64,000 nucleotides of DNA from Clostridia bacterium (lineage in GTDB: Bacteria > Bacillota > Clostridia > CAKSNL01 > HGM11501): the NCBI GenBank assembly GCA_045545475.1, contig JAZQAZ010000020.1:64001-128000 (forward strand). Reading direction: 5' to 3'. The stretch's first letter is position 1. The number at the start of each line of letters is the position of its first letter. This document shows, in pieces, positions 49,201-58,052 of the stretch. Both the position numbers and the translations under genes were made by a program. A model generated the notes under the pieces. It saw only the letters and a list, made by a program, of their open reading frames with translations, did no database searches and was not told where the DNA came from.

Positions 49201-50063
49201 TAGGTGCATTTAAGGGAGGAACGGTCACTGTCAATGACAGCACAGTGATTGGAACTTTCGATATAGGATCAGGAGCTAAGCTTATACTTTCTGATACGGC
49301 AGTTTCAAAACCGAGCGGAAAGAGTGTGGTTCTTACCGGTGTTGCACCTGTTGAAGCAAGCGGCGAAACAGCGGCAGTTCCTGCGGTAATTACAAAAGTA
49401 ACGGTAAAGGGTGATACGACGATTTCAGCAGGTAATGGCCTTTATGCAAATAATAAGTATGTCGAAGTTATAATAGACGAAAGCTTTACCGGTTCAATTG
49501 AGGTAAATGAGGCGAACGGCTGTATAGATAATGTTAAAGCAGGCGAAGGCTTTACTTCCTTAGAGTCTGTAAAGAGCATTACTAAAGCAGGTTCAAACGG
49601 CGAAACATTTGCATATTATGACGAAGCAAATGAAAAGTTTGCGTGGACTATGGCACCTGAGCTTACACGTACGACAGATTCGGGTAAGTATAGTGACGGG
49701 TACGGAACAATAAGATTTCTGACAACATTTAAAACTGTTGACTCTGCTGCCGTTGCAAGTTATGGAACCTATGCGGTGGGAGAAAGCAGCTTTGTTGAGA
49801 ATGCAGAGTGGGAAGAAACAGAGTTCATAAAATTTGACAAGACACCGGAAGCTGATAAGGTATATTATGTTGATGTTATAAAAATTCCCGCGGAGCATTT
49901 TGATACAAAAATTAAGGCACTCAGCTTTGTAAAGATTAAAGGAATAAAAACCCCCATTTATTACGATTTCAATTTGGCAAGTGTAAATAAAAATGACACA
50001 GAAACAGGCGAGGGAACACTGAAGAACTTAGGCAAGCCAACATATGCCGAAGCAGAAGCATGA
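46230..50063 (+). CDS. Large secreted/surface protein with right-handed beta-helix (pectin-lyase-like / Pmp-like GGA repeats), 1277 aa
   Basis: ATG at 46230 after GAAAGGAAGGA; signal peptide MKKEF..VSA; acidic linker; NC..GI and GG(A/I) beta-helix repeats; three G(D/N)GH(T/V)I-containing modules. Confidence 0.8.
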   Translation: MKKEFLHIFSFVMIAIFTFSCIGAVSAEETFDIPVIEEVSEEELAEVLPEEADVEMMEEETEIAKEEAYFEIRDGKGNHVWFFADLKEALSSDKLQNGYTLLMLKDYTWDYTLADVSKGEISGIDMPGSKTFTWDGDGHTITDKFDRSKYTRMTQKDGVWTTELGGHDDRASYNLGSAKVTAKNITFSGNPQNTINKQGHTNGCFNIGNGQLTLKDVKFINYFGWNGSVCWMQGTGKLVMVENVTAENCSVQYHGLIGINKGTAEISGFTMKNCKGTAAIGVGTVASEASLNIENSTITNCSTGILVGASGESGNQGVANIGDNVTISGCSYGISVHTGATVNVTGLNVNINRNTESGIVLYNKKEAEIGSTLNATGGMNITENQNAGIDIAENSIVILNGNVNVTENTNADIRMEVADALEVGEGFTGTAGVSVVSNDIWFGHLAEGVETLNGTIYEGIDPNGHKGAVYESLIGSGTVTHNGKTYSLKKPVTRDLDDNALVIGYKMYKKTGSDAAGYKRVGADAAIGTSMLSGGEIYLLSDITLAGDIKCDKDSSTIDDHFDFTGSTAVANIYGNGHTISIHDDYTKGHFFAVYQDATMNFHDVIYNGKGRTTFAYIHCSEDPKGGGAISADNVIYYNGKHTTYAGGIYNSGEAYAGTINVKDCKFIACKGANGGALYSTGLGVLNVSDTDFIDCAATSNGGAVYLTNNHTMTMSGEINATGNKRGSKENNVYLSSGAKINIAGNITGEIGLTMAQSGATFGTVADTNITGLDCFYADGAEIRYYTAIGTEPVIEKVKGTLFPETVGTGELNGEVVIDMQDVASRKEGREKDAVLHWPWIVVKEDETRYGYVSLNSAYSNLAATSFIYAQKDITIQHLWDKAITTETTSEERKEIYAHVEFPLPGSGDRLNHINTGANVNIDGNGHVITVDKSDSNYMFVIYGNNKSLQLKNFIYNADKPMAHIHKDQANGTEAIIINNSYFNSPNRNVIGAFKGGTVTVNDSTVIGTFDIGSGAKLILSDTAVSKPSGKSVVLTGVAPVEASGETAAVPAVITKVTVKGDTTISAGNGLYANNKYVEVIIDESFTGSIEVNEANGCIDNVKAGEGFTSLESVKSITKAGSNGETFAYYDEANEKFAWTMAPELTRTTDSGKYSDGYGTIRFLTTFKTVDSAAVASYGTYAVGESSFVENAEWEETEFIKFDKTPEADKVYYVDVIKIPAEHFDTKIKALSFVKIKGIKTPIYYDFNLASVNKNDTETGEGTLKNLGKPTYAEAEA

Positions 50064-50072
50064 GGAGGGATA

Positions 50073-50285
50073 ATGATGAACGATAAAATGAATATAACGC
50101 AAGAAAATCCCTTTTCCGAGAACGAGAAAGTAAACAAGGAAAAAAAGAAAAAGGTATATGAAAGCCCCGAAATTACGGTGATAGAAATCGAAACAAAGGA
50201 TGTCATAAACGCCAGCACTTTAATCGGATTCGATGCAGGTGAAAACCTTCTGGGTTCCGGTCAGATAGAGTTTGACTTGAAATAA
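50073..50285 (+). CDS. Small peptide with KKxYxxPEI..DVIxAS leader-like motif
   Basis: Strong RBS GAGGAGG overlapping the upstream stop; motif KKKVYESPEITVIEIETKDVINAS. Confidence 0.7.
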   Translation: MMNDKMNITQENPFSENEKVNKEKKKKVYESPEITVIEIETKDVINASTLIGFDAGENLLGSGQIEFDLK

Positions 50286-50393
50286 TTAATAATCGCGGAA
50301 ATCGGACCGCATAAAATATGTCTGAAATGCAGAAACAGTGCAACAGCTTGTTGTAAATACAACTGCTTTCTGCTTTTTAGAGAACCACTTCTA

Positions 50394-50429
50394 TGCGAAA
50401 AGACGGCTAGCACCGTCTTTTTGCATTTT
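50394..50429 (+). terminator. Intrinsic terminator closing the surface-protein/peptide unit
   Basis: TGCGAAAAGACGG-ctagca-CCGTCTTTTTGCA-TTTT. Confidence 0.75.
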
Positions 50430-50470
50430 AAATTTTTGCAGCCGGCAATCTGAACTCATCCGCCTTTTGG

Positions 50471-50551
50471 TGTCATTCTGAGTCCGAAGGACGAAGAATC
50501 CCGCGCAAAAAAGATTCTTCACTCCGCCTGACGGCTCTGCTCAGAATGACA
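50471..50551. repeat. Inverted pair of TGTCATTCTGAG..GAAGAATC palindromic elements
   Basis: TGTCATTCTGAGTCCGAAGGACGAAGAATC (50471-50500; 28/30 identical to the reverse complement of 34090-34119) and AGATTCTTC..CTCAGAATGACA (50512-50551). Confidence 0.78.
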
Positions 50552-50690
50552 GGTGGGAATATAAATAAAACAGAAAAGTTTTAAGAAAATAACAATTTCC
50601 CCTTGTTTTAATTTCTTTTTAGTGATATAATAATTAATTAATAATATAATCGGAGAAATTGTGTCTTTTTGTGAAAGGAAAGAGCAAATT

Positions 50691-51224
50691 ATGAAGATAA
50701 AAGTTGATAAACTTACATATAAAGAGTTTACTGAATATGCGGATTCCACCGTGGCAAAGCCTATAAAAATGACTCTGGCGTTTTTCATCGGCGTGGCAAT
50801 AATTTTAATCATTATCGCAATGAGCAAGCCTTCATTTGAAGGTGCTGTTACACCACTTTTCTGGTGCGTGGGAATTCTTGCGTTCCTTCTTGTGGCATCA
50901 AATGCAAGCGTAAATACTGCATTTAAAAAATCGGGGCTAGCATCAACTAATTGCAGTTACACCTTTATGGAAGACGGTATGAAAATCGCCATGGGGAAAT
51001 TAAAGGGCGACCTTGAGTGGAAATATGTCAAATATGTAAAAGAAACCAAAAATCTCTGGATTATGAGAGTGCCCAACAGCCAGTTTATAATCCCTAAAAG
51101 ATGTATGAACGAAGAAGAGTGGGAAAGTCTTATAGATACATATATTCCCGAAGATAAAATAAAGCGGATGAAGTATAAGAGAAGCAACCCTGAAAGGACG
51201 AAGGACGATGACAGTGAAGACTGA
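50691..51224 (+). CDS. YcxB-like membrane protein
   Basis: Two TM helices followed by F.EDG..W..V.ETK..FIIPKR. Confidence 0.72.
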   Translation: MKIKVDKLTYKEFTEYADSTVAKPIKMTLAFFIGVAIILIIIAMSKPSFEGAVTPLFWCVGILAFLLVASNASVNTAFKKSGLASTNCSYTFMEDGMKIAMGKLKGDLEWKYVKYVKETKNLWIMRVPNSQFIIPKRCMNEEEWESLIDTYIPEDKIKRMKYKRSNPERTKDDDSED

Positions 51225-52590
51225 GAAAAAAGAAATTTTAAGACAGAAGGACTTTGCCGAAAAGGTTAAAAATATAATTGGCGAAGGGAAAAAATATCTT
51301 TTAATAACACTTGGCTGTCAGCAAAACGAGAGCGACTCTGAAAAGCTTCACGGTATGCTTGGGAAAATGGGCTACACCGAAACAGAAAGCTTAGATGATG
51401 CCGACCTTATTTTATATAACACCTGTGCGGTAAGGGAAAATGCGGAGAAAAAGCTTTTCGGAAGAATAGGTGCATTAAAACCCTATAAGGAAAAAAATCC
51501 CGACCTTATAATAGGTGTGTGCGGTTGTATGACACAGCAAAAGGGGATGGATGAACGTTTTCGTCGCTATTATAAATACGTTGATATGGTTTTCGGAACC
51601 CATAGTTTATACGCCTTTCCGGAGATTTTGTATAAGGCGATAGAAGATAGATTGCAGGTTCGTGACATAAGAGATATTGACGGAGAGGTTACAGAAGGTA
51701 TTCCGATAAAAAGGCAGAGCAACGTAAAGGCCTACCTTTCTGTTATGTATGGCTGTAACAACTTCTGCAGCTACTGCGTTGTGCCCTATGTAAGGGGCAG
51801 GGAGCGAAGCCGTGAATATAAGGATGTATTGGATGAAGCAAAGTCAATTGCGTCCTCCGGCATAAAGGAAATTATGCTCCTTGGACAGAACGTAAACTCC
51901 TACAATGGGGGCTTAAGCTTTGCAGAGCTTGTGGCGAAGGTCAGCGAAATTGACGGGATTGAGCGAATCCGCTTTATGTCATCCCACCCCAAGGATATTG
52001 GAAGTGAGCTTATCGACGTTATGGCACAGCGTAAAAATGTGTGTAATCAGCTTCATCTTCCCGTACAGTCGGGAAGCGACCGTATACTAAAGATTATGAA
52101 CCGTCGCTACACGGTTGAAAAATATATGGGAATAATTGACGAGGTTAAGCGAAAAATTCCCGATGTTACCCTTACAACCGACATAATCGTGGGCTTCCCC
52201 GGTGAAACCAACGAGGATTTTTATAAGACTATGGAGCTTTTAAGAAAAGTACGCTATGACAGCATTTTCTCATTTATCTACTCAAAGAGAAAAGGCACGC
52301 CTGCCGCAGTTATGGAAGATTGCCTGACAGAGGAAGAAAAGCACATTAATTTTGACAGGATGTTAAAGCTTCAGAACGATATTTCCCTGGAAAAGAACAA
52401 AGCAATGATAGGCTCTGTTCAGTCTGTTTTAGTGGAAGGCGAAAGCAAAACAGACAAGCTGCGTCAGTGCGGAAGATCGGAAGGCGGAAAATTAGTGCAT
52501 TTTGCTTCCGATAAGGATTTGACCGGCGAAATAGTTAAAGTGAAAATTACGGATGTCAACACCTGGACGCTTTCCGGTGATATGATATAA
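51208..52590 (+). CDS. miaB: tRNA-2-methylthio-N6-isopentenyladenosine synthase
   Basis: TLGCQQNESDSE, NTCAVRENAE, GCNNFCSYC radical SAM motif, TRAM domain. Confidence 0.95.
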   Translation: MTVKTEKKEILRQKDFAEKVKNIIGEGKKYLLITLGCQQNESDSEKLHGMLGKMGYTETESLDDADLILYNTCAVRENAEKKLFGRIGALKPYKEKNPDLIIGVCGCMTQQKGMDERFRRYYKYVDMVFGTHSLYAFPEILYKAIEDRLQVRDIRDIDGEVTEGIPIKRQSNVKAYLSVMYGCNNFCSYCVVPYVRGRERSREYKDVLDEAKSIASSGIKEIMLLGQNVNSYNGGLSFAELVAKVSEIDGIERIRFMSSHPKDIGSELIDVMAQRKNVCNQLHLPVQSGSDRILKIMNRRYTVEKYMGIIDEVKRKIPDVTLTTDIIVGFPGETNEDFYKTMELLRKVRYDSIFSFIYSKRKGTPAAVMEDCLTEEEKHINFDRMLKLQNDISLEKNKAMIGSVQSVLVEGESKTDKLRQCGRSEGGKLVHFASDKDLTGEIVKVKITDVNTWTLSGDMI

Positions 52591-52605
52591 GAAAGGCTTG
52601 ATTAA

Positions 52606-55212
52606 ATGATCGAGGACAGAAGCAAATTATCTGCTATGATGAGGCAGTATCTTGCTACAAAGGACGAATATCCCGATGCGATACTTATGTACCGTGTGGG
52701 TGACTTTTATGAAATGTTTTTTGACGATGCAAAAACCGCATCCGCAGCACTTGACCTGGTTTTAACAGGAAAGGACTGCGGCCTTAGTGAGCGTGCACCC
52801 ATGTGCGGTGTGCCCTTTCATGCGGCTGATAACTATATAGCACGTCTTGTTTCAAAGGGCTTCAAGGTTGCTATCTGTGAGCAGGTTGAAGACCCGAAAG
52901 AGGCAAAAGGACTTGTTAAGCGTGACGTAATAAGGGTGGTAACACCGGGAACCATAACAGACGAAGCAGTTTTAGATTCCCGACCAACAAACTATATGTG
53001 TGCCATAAATAAGTCGGAGGAGGTAACGGCTCTTGCCATTGCCGATGTTTCAACCGGTGAGGTTTTGGTAACGGAATTTACAAAGGACGAATTTAATTCC
53101 GAGCTTATAAGCGAACTTGACCGTTTTTCACCTGTTGAAATATTGCTGGGACAGGGTGCAGTTTCCGATTCGGAATTAGTTTCCTACATAAACGATAAGA
53201 CAAAGGCACTTTGCTTCTCCTGCGACGAAAGCTATTTCGACTACGACAACGCCCTTGCAATAATCGGTGAGCAGTTCGGAAAAGAAGGGGACAAGCTTAA
53301 GGGTAAAAAGGAACTTTCCGGTGCTCTTTCTGCACTTTTATCCTACATTATGGAAACCCAGAAGGTTGAACTTTCCCATATGAAAGAAATTGAATTTTTC
53401 ACCACCAACCGCTATATGGAAGTGGGAAGTGTGGCTCAGAAAAATTTAGAGCTGGTTGAAAATATGCAGGATAAGACAAAGCGTGGCACTCTTTTAAGCA
53501 TCCTTGATAAAACCTGCACAACAATGGGAAGAAGAACCGTTAAAAGCTGGATTTTAAGGCCACTCATTGATACAGTGAAAATTAAAAACAGACTTGATGC
53601 CGTTGGTGAAGCATCTGAAAAGCTTCAGGCAAGAACCAACCTTCGTGATTTAATGGCATCGGTAAACGATATTGAAAGAATTGTAAGCCGTGTTTCCCTT
53701 GGGACGGTTAACCCAAGAGACTTGGTTGCACTTAAAACATCCCTTATGATGCTTCCTGCCATAAAGGAAGAAAGCGGAAAATTTACTTCCGACTTTATGA
53801 AAAAACAGTGCGGTGACATAGAAATATTAAATGATTTGACTATGCTCATCGATATGGCGATAGTTGATAAGGACACACCCATAACCGTAAGAGAAGGAAA
53901 AATCATAAAGGAAGGCTTTTCCGAGGAAATAGACTACTTGAATAAGCTTATGTCTGACAGCAAGGGAATCATTGCAGGCATCGAGGCAAGGGAAAGGGAA
54001 AGAACGGGAATTCCCAAGCTTAAGGTGGGCTATAACAAGGTGTTCGGATACTACATCGAGGTTTCAAATGTACATAAGGACAAGGTACCGGAAGACTATA
54101 TAAGAAAGCAGACTCTTACAAACGGAGAAAGATACATAACAGAAGAGCTTAAAGAGGTTGAAAAGGACGTTTTAAGTGCTTCTGAAAAGGTTATCCGCCT
54201 TGAATACGAGGCATTTATGAAGGTGGTTTCAGCCGTAAAGGAAAAAATCGGAAGCATACAGAAAATCTCCCATGCCATCGGTGTAATGGACGTTATATGC
54301 TCCTTTGCTCATGTGGCTGTGAAAAATTCCTACTGTATGCCGATAGTTGATACATCGGACAATCTTGAAATCAAGGACGGTCGCCATCCCGTGGTTGAGC
54401 AGATAAACGAAAAAGAGCTTTTTGTTCCCAATGATACAAACCTTTCGGGCAAGGGCGACTCAATGGCGATAATCACAGGTCCTAATATGGCGGGTAAATC
54501 CACATATATGCGTCAGGTTGCCTTAATCTCTCTTATGGCACAGATTGGTTCATTTGTTCCTGCAAGCTTCTGCCACGTCGGCGTGGTTGACAAGATATTC
54601 ACCCGTGTTGGTGCGTCCGACGATTTATCCTCGGGCAGAAGTACATATATGGTTGAAATGAGCGAGGTAGCGGAAATCGTAAACAATGCAACTAAAAAGA
54701 GCCTTATTATCTTAGATGAAATAGGAAGAGGTACAAGCACCTTTGACGGACTTTCCATGGCGTGGTCAATTGTTGAATACTGTGCGGAAAAAATAAAGGC
54801 GAGAACACTTTTCGCCACCCACTATCACGAGCTTACGGAGCTTGAAAGCACGCTCCCCGGCGTTAAGAATTACTGCATTGCAGTTAAAAAGAGGGGCGAC
54901 GACATAATTTTCCTCCGCAAGATAATAAGAGGCGGAGCGGACGAAAGCTACGGTATAGAGGTTGCCCGTCTTGCAGGCATAAAGGACAGTATAATAAAGC
55001 GTGCCAAGGAAATTCTTGCCAAGGTGGAAAACGAAAACCCCAGAGAAAGAAAGACGGCTATAAGGGCGGAAGCGGACACTCAGCTTGATATGTCGGGAAT
55101 GGTTAAGGATACCATCGTTGACCGCCTTCGTATGATTGACATAACAACAATTTCGCCCTTGGAGGCACTTAACATATTAAACGAACTTAAAAACAAGGCT
55201 GACGAAGCATAA
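52606..55212 (+). CDS. mutS: DNA mismatch repair protein MutS
   Basis: GDFYEMF, TGPNMAGKSTYMRQ, DEIGRGTST, ATHYHEL, SYGIEVA. Confidence 0.98.
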   Translation: MIEDRSKLSAMMRQYLATKDEYPDAILMYRVGDFYEMFFDDAKTASAALDLVLTGKDCGLSERAPMCGVPFHAADNYIARLVSKGFKVAICEQVEDPKEAKGLVKRDVIRVVTPGTITDEAVLDSRPTNYMCAINKSEEVTALAIADVSTGEVLVTEFTKDEFNSELISELDRFSPVEILLGQGAVSDSELVSYINDKTKALCFSCDESYFDYDNALAIIGEQFGKEGDKLKGKKELSGALSALLSYIMETQKVELSHMKEIEFFTTNRYMEVGSVAQKNLELVENMQDKTKRGTLLSILDKTCTTMGRRTVKSWILRPLIDTVKIKNRLDAVGEASEKLQARTNLRDLMASVNDIERIVSRVSLGTVNPRDLVALKTSLMMLPAIKEESGKFTSDFMKKQCGDIEILNDLTMLIDMAIVDKDTPITVREGKIIKEGFSEEIDYLNKLMSDSKGIIAGIEARERERTGIPKLKVGYNKVFGYYIEVSNVHKDKVPEDYIRKQTLTNGERYITEELKEVEKDVLSASEKVIRLEYEAFMKVVSAVKEKIGSIQKISHAIGVMDVICSFAHVAVKNSYCMPIVDTSDNLEIKDGRHPVVEQINEKELFVPNDTNLSGKGDSMAIITGPNMAGKSTYMRQVALISLMAQIGSFVPASFCHVGVVDKIFTRVGASDDLSSGRSTYMVEMSEVAEIVNNATKKSLIILDEIGRGTSTFDGLSMAWSIVEYCAEKIKARTLFATHYHELTELESTLPGVKNYCIAVKKRGDDIIFLRKIIRGGADESYGIEVARLAGIKDSIIKRAKEILAKVENENPRERKTAIRAEADTQLDMSGMVKDTIVDRLRMIDITTISPLEALNILNELKNKADEA

Positions 55213-55236
55213 TTTTTCGGAAAGGATGGATTTTTC

Positions 55237-57120
55237 ATGGGAAAAATTCATGTACTTGATAAATCGGTATCCAATAAAATTGCGGCAGGCGAGGTGGTTT
55301 CCCGCCCTGCATCGGCCGTGAAGGAATTAATCGAAAACTCCCTTGATGCCGGAGCAAAATCCATTACCGTTGAAATCAAAAACGGCGGTATCGGATATAT
55401 AAGGGTTACGGATGACGGCTCGGGAATTGAAGAGGACGATATTTTAACGGCCTTTTTGCCCCATGCCACAAGCAAAATCCATACGGCGGAGGATCTTTAT
55501 GCCATCGGCACCTACGGATTTAGAGGAGAGGCACTTGCATCGATTGCTTCTGTTTCAAAGCTTGAACTTATAACAAAAACTGCCGATGCCGAAATGGGAG
55601 TTAAAATTTTAGTTGAAGGCGGCGAATACGGCGAGAGCGAATGCGTCGGTGCAAAAAGTGGCACAACCATTACGGTAAAGGAGCTTTTTTACAACACTCC
55701 CGCAAGATTCAAATTCCTTAAAAAAGACAGTGCGGAAACCGCAGCTGTGACGGACGTGTGCCAGAAGGCGGCACTTTCCCGTCCCGATGTTTCATTTAAG
55801 TACATAGCTTCGGGAAAAGAGGTTTTCTTCACTCCCGGGGACGGTGTTCTCCTCAATGCGATTTTTGCTGTATTCGGCAAGGATTTTGCGAAAAATATGA
55901 TGCCGTTGAGCTATGAAAATGAAGGCGTAAAGGTTACGGGGTACATCGGAAGTGCGGCGGTGGCCCGCCCCAACCGTAACATGCAGATTTTCTTTGTAAA
56001 CGGAAGAAGTGTAGTAAGCCGCATAATGTCCTTTGCACTTTCTGAAAGCTATAAAAATCAGCTTACCGTAGGAAAGTTCCCTGCGGCGGTATTAAACGTG
56101 GAAATTGCAAATGACAAGGTGGATGTAAATGTCCATCCTTCAAAGACCGAGGTTAAGTTTATTGACGAAAAAGAAATTTACGACGGCATTTACTGGGGCT
56201 GCAAAAATACCCTTTATGAAAAGCCCTATGTACCCTCGGTTACGGCATCCAACGAAAGAACACCGGATGTAAAAATAGCTCCCGAAAAGGTGGAAACGGT
56301 TAAAGAACGTGTGTTTATTCCTTCGGTTAAAACGGAAACACCCTTTAAGCCGATGATAAAAGAAGAGGCGAAGGCGGAAGAAAAGAAGACAGGCGGCTTT
56401 ACAAAAATAGAGCCCGTAAAAGCAATGGATGAAAAAATAACCCACGCGGCGGAGCCTTCCGTTAAATATGACCTTACGCCAAAGGCGGAGATAAAGGACG
56501 AAAAAACTAAAGAGGAAATTCAGCAGGAAATGGAAATCCCGAAGGAAGCTGAAGTAAGGGTAATCGGTCAGGTATTTGAAACCTATATACTTGCAGAGTC
56601 CGAAGGAGAAATGTTGATAATTGACCAGCACGCTGCCCATGAAAGGCTGAATTATGAGGAACTTAAGAAAAGAAGGGATAAAAACGAAGCAGAAAGTCAG
56701 ATGCTTATGATTCCCGAAATGGTTTCCTTGAGTCCTTCGGAGATGGCTCTGTGGGAAGATAATAAAGAATTTTTCGAATCCATTGGCTTTGAAACTGAAG
56801 CCATGGGCGAAAAGGATATAATGGTAAGATGTGTTCCCACGGGAACAGAGGACGGAGACATAAAGGATACAGTAATTGAAATGCTTGATATCCTTTCTGA
56901 TTCAAAGCACGATAAAAGAACGTTTTTAGAGGAGCGGGCAATGTATTCCGTTTCCTGTAAATCAGCCATAAAGGCAAATAAAAGCTTAAGCTTGCAGGAA
57001 CAAAAAGACTTGGTTGTGAGAGTGTTGGCACTTCCCGGTATCAACACCTGCCCTCACGGAAGACCTCTTTGCATCAAGCTTACAAAGGATAAAATAGAAA
57101 AGGAATTTAAACGTATATGA
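55237..57120 (+). CDS. mutL: DNA mismatch repair endonuclease MutL
   Basis: IAAGEVV..KELIENSLDA, GFRGEAL, DQHAAHER, CPHGRP. Confidence 0.98.
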   Translation: MGKIHVLDKSVSNKIAAGEVVSRPASAVKELIENSLDAGAKSITVEIKNGGIGYIRVTDDGSGIEEDDILTAFLPHATSKIHTAEDLYAIGTYGFRGEALASIASVSKLELITKTADAEMGVKILVEGGEYGESECVGAKSGTTITVKELFYNTPARFKFLKKDSAETAAVTDVCQKAALSRPDVSFKYIASGKEVFFTPGDGVLLNAIFAVFGKDFAKNMMPLSYENEGVKVTGYIGSAAVARPNRNMQIFFVNGRSVVSRIMSFALSESYKNQLTVGKFPAAVLNVEIANDKVDVNVHPSKTEVKFIDEKEIYDGIYWGCKNTLYEKPYVPSVTASNERTPDVKIAPEKVETVKERVFIPSVKTETPFKPMIKEEAKAEEKKTGGFTKIEPVKAMDEKITHAAEPSVKYDLTPKAEIKDEKTKEEIQQEMEIPKEAEVRVIGQVFETYILAESEGEMLIIDQHAAHERLNYEELKKRRDKNEAESQMLMIPEMVSLSPSEMALWEDNKEFFESIGFETEAMGEKDIMVRCVPTGTEDGDIKDTVIEMLDILSDSKHDKRTFLEERAMYSVSCKSAIKANKSLSLQEQKDLVVRVLALPGINTCPHGRPLCIKLTKDKIEKEFKRI

Positions 57121-58052
57121 AAATCCCTCTTATAGTGGTGGCAGGGCCGACGGCATCGGGTAAAACGGCCATGGCAATTCACCTTGCGGAAAAATTCGGA
57201 GGAGAAATTGTATCTGCCGATTCCATGCAGATTTATAAAAAACTCAATATCGGAACGGCAAAACCCACCAAAGAGGAACTAAAAAAAGCTCCTCATCATT
57301 TGATTGACATTCTGGATATCAACGAGAGTTTTTCGGTGGTGGATTACTGCGAAAAGGCTCACAGCGTAATTTCAGACATACATGAAAGAGGACATCTTCC
57401 CATAGTTGCGGGCGGAACAGGGCTTTATATAGATTCTTTAGTAAATGATGAAGACTTTTCAAATGCAGGAGAAGATAAAGATCTAAGGGAAAGCCTTACA
57501 TCCATTGCGGAAAAAGAGGGTAACGAAGCGGTTTATGAAATTCTAAAGGAGCTTGATCCCGTCGCGGCAAATAGTCTTCATCCAAACAATTTAAAGAGAG
57601 TAATAAGAGCAATCGAAATAATAAAAACCACAGGGAAAAGTCTGGAGGAGTCAATAAAGAGGGAAAAGGCAGAATCCAGATACGACGTCTTATATCTGGT
57701 GCTTTCCCACGACCGTGGAATTTTATATGACCGTATAGAAAAAAGAGTTGATATCATGATGGAAGAAGGGCTTTTAGATGAAGCCAAGTGGCTTTTTGAA
57801 AATATTGATAACAAAGATGCAACATGCCTTCAGGCCATAGGATACAAAGAATTTAAGGGGTATTTTGACGGTAAAATAAATGTTTCAGAAGCAGTGGAAG
57901 AACTGAAAAAAGATACCAGGCACTACGCAAAAAGGCAGATGACCTGGTTTAGAAGAAATAAGGATGCTAGAATAATAAACTGCGGGGATAACCCTTTTAA
58001 TCAGGCGGAAGATTTAGTTGCAAAATTTCTGTCAGAGAGGACTAATGTATGA
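57117..58052 (+). CDS. miaA: tRNA dimethylallyltransferase
   Basis: GPTASGKT, DSMQIY, IGTAKP, GGTGLY, YAKRQMTWF. Confidence 0.97.
   Translation: MKIPLIVVAGPTASGKTAMAIHLAEKFGGEIVSADSMQIYKKLNIGTAKPTKEELKKAPHHLIDILDINESFSVVDYCEKAHSVISDIHERGHLPIVAGGTGLYIDSLVNDEDFSNAGEDKDLRESLTSIAEKEGNEAVYEILKELDPVAANSLHPNNLKRVIRAIEIIKTTGKSLEESIKREKAESRYDVLYLVLSHDRGILYDRIEKRVDIMMEEGLLDEAKWLFENIDNKDATCLQAIGYKEFKGYFDGKINVSEAVEELKKDTRHYAKRQMTWFRRNKDARIINCGDNPFNQAEDLVAKFLSERTNV

Noticed and set aside
45099-50551. Prophage, ICE or integron
   Set aside because: No phage, conjugation or excisionase genes, no direct att repeats and no attC cassette array seen; the sites are inverted, which gives inversion rather than excision.
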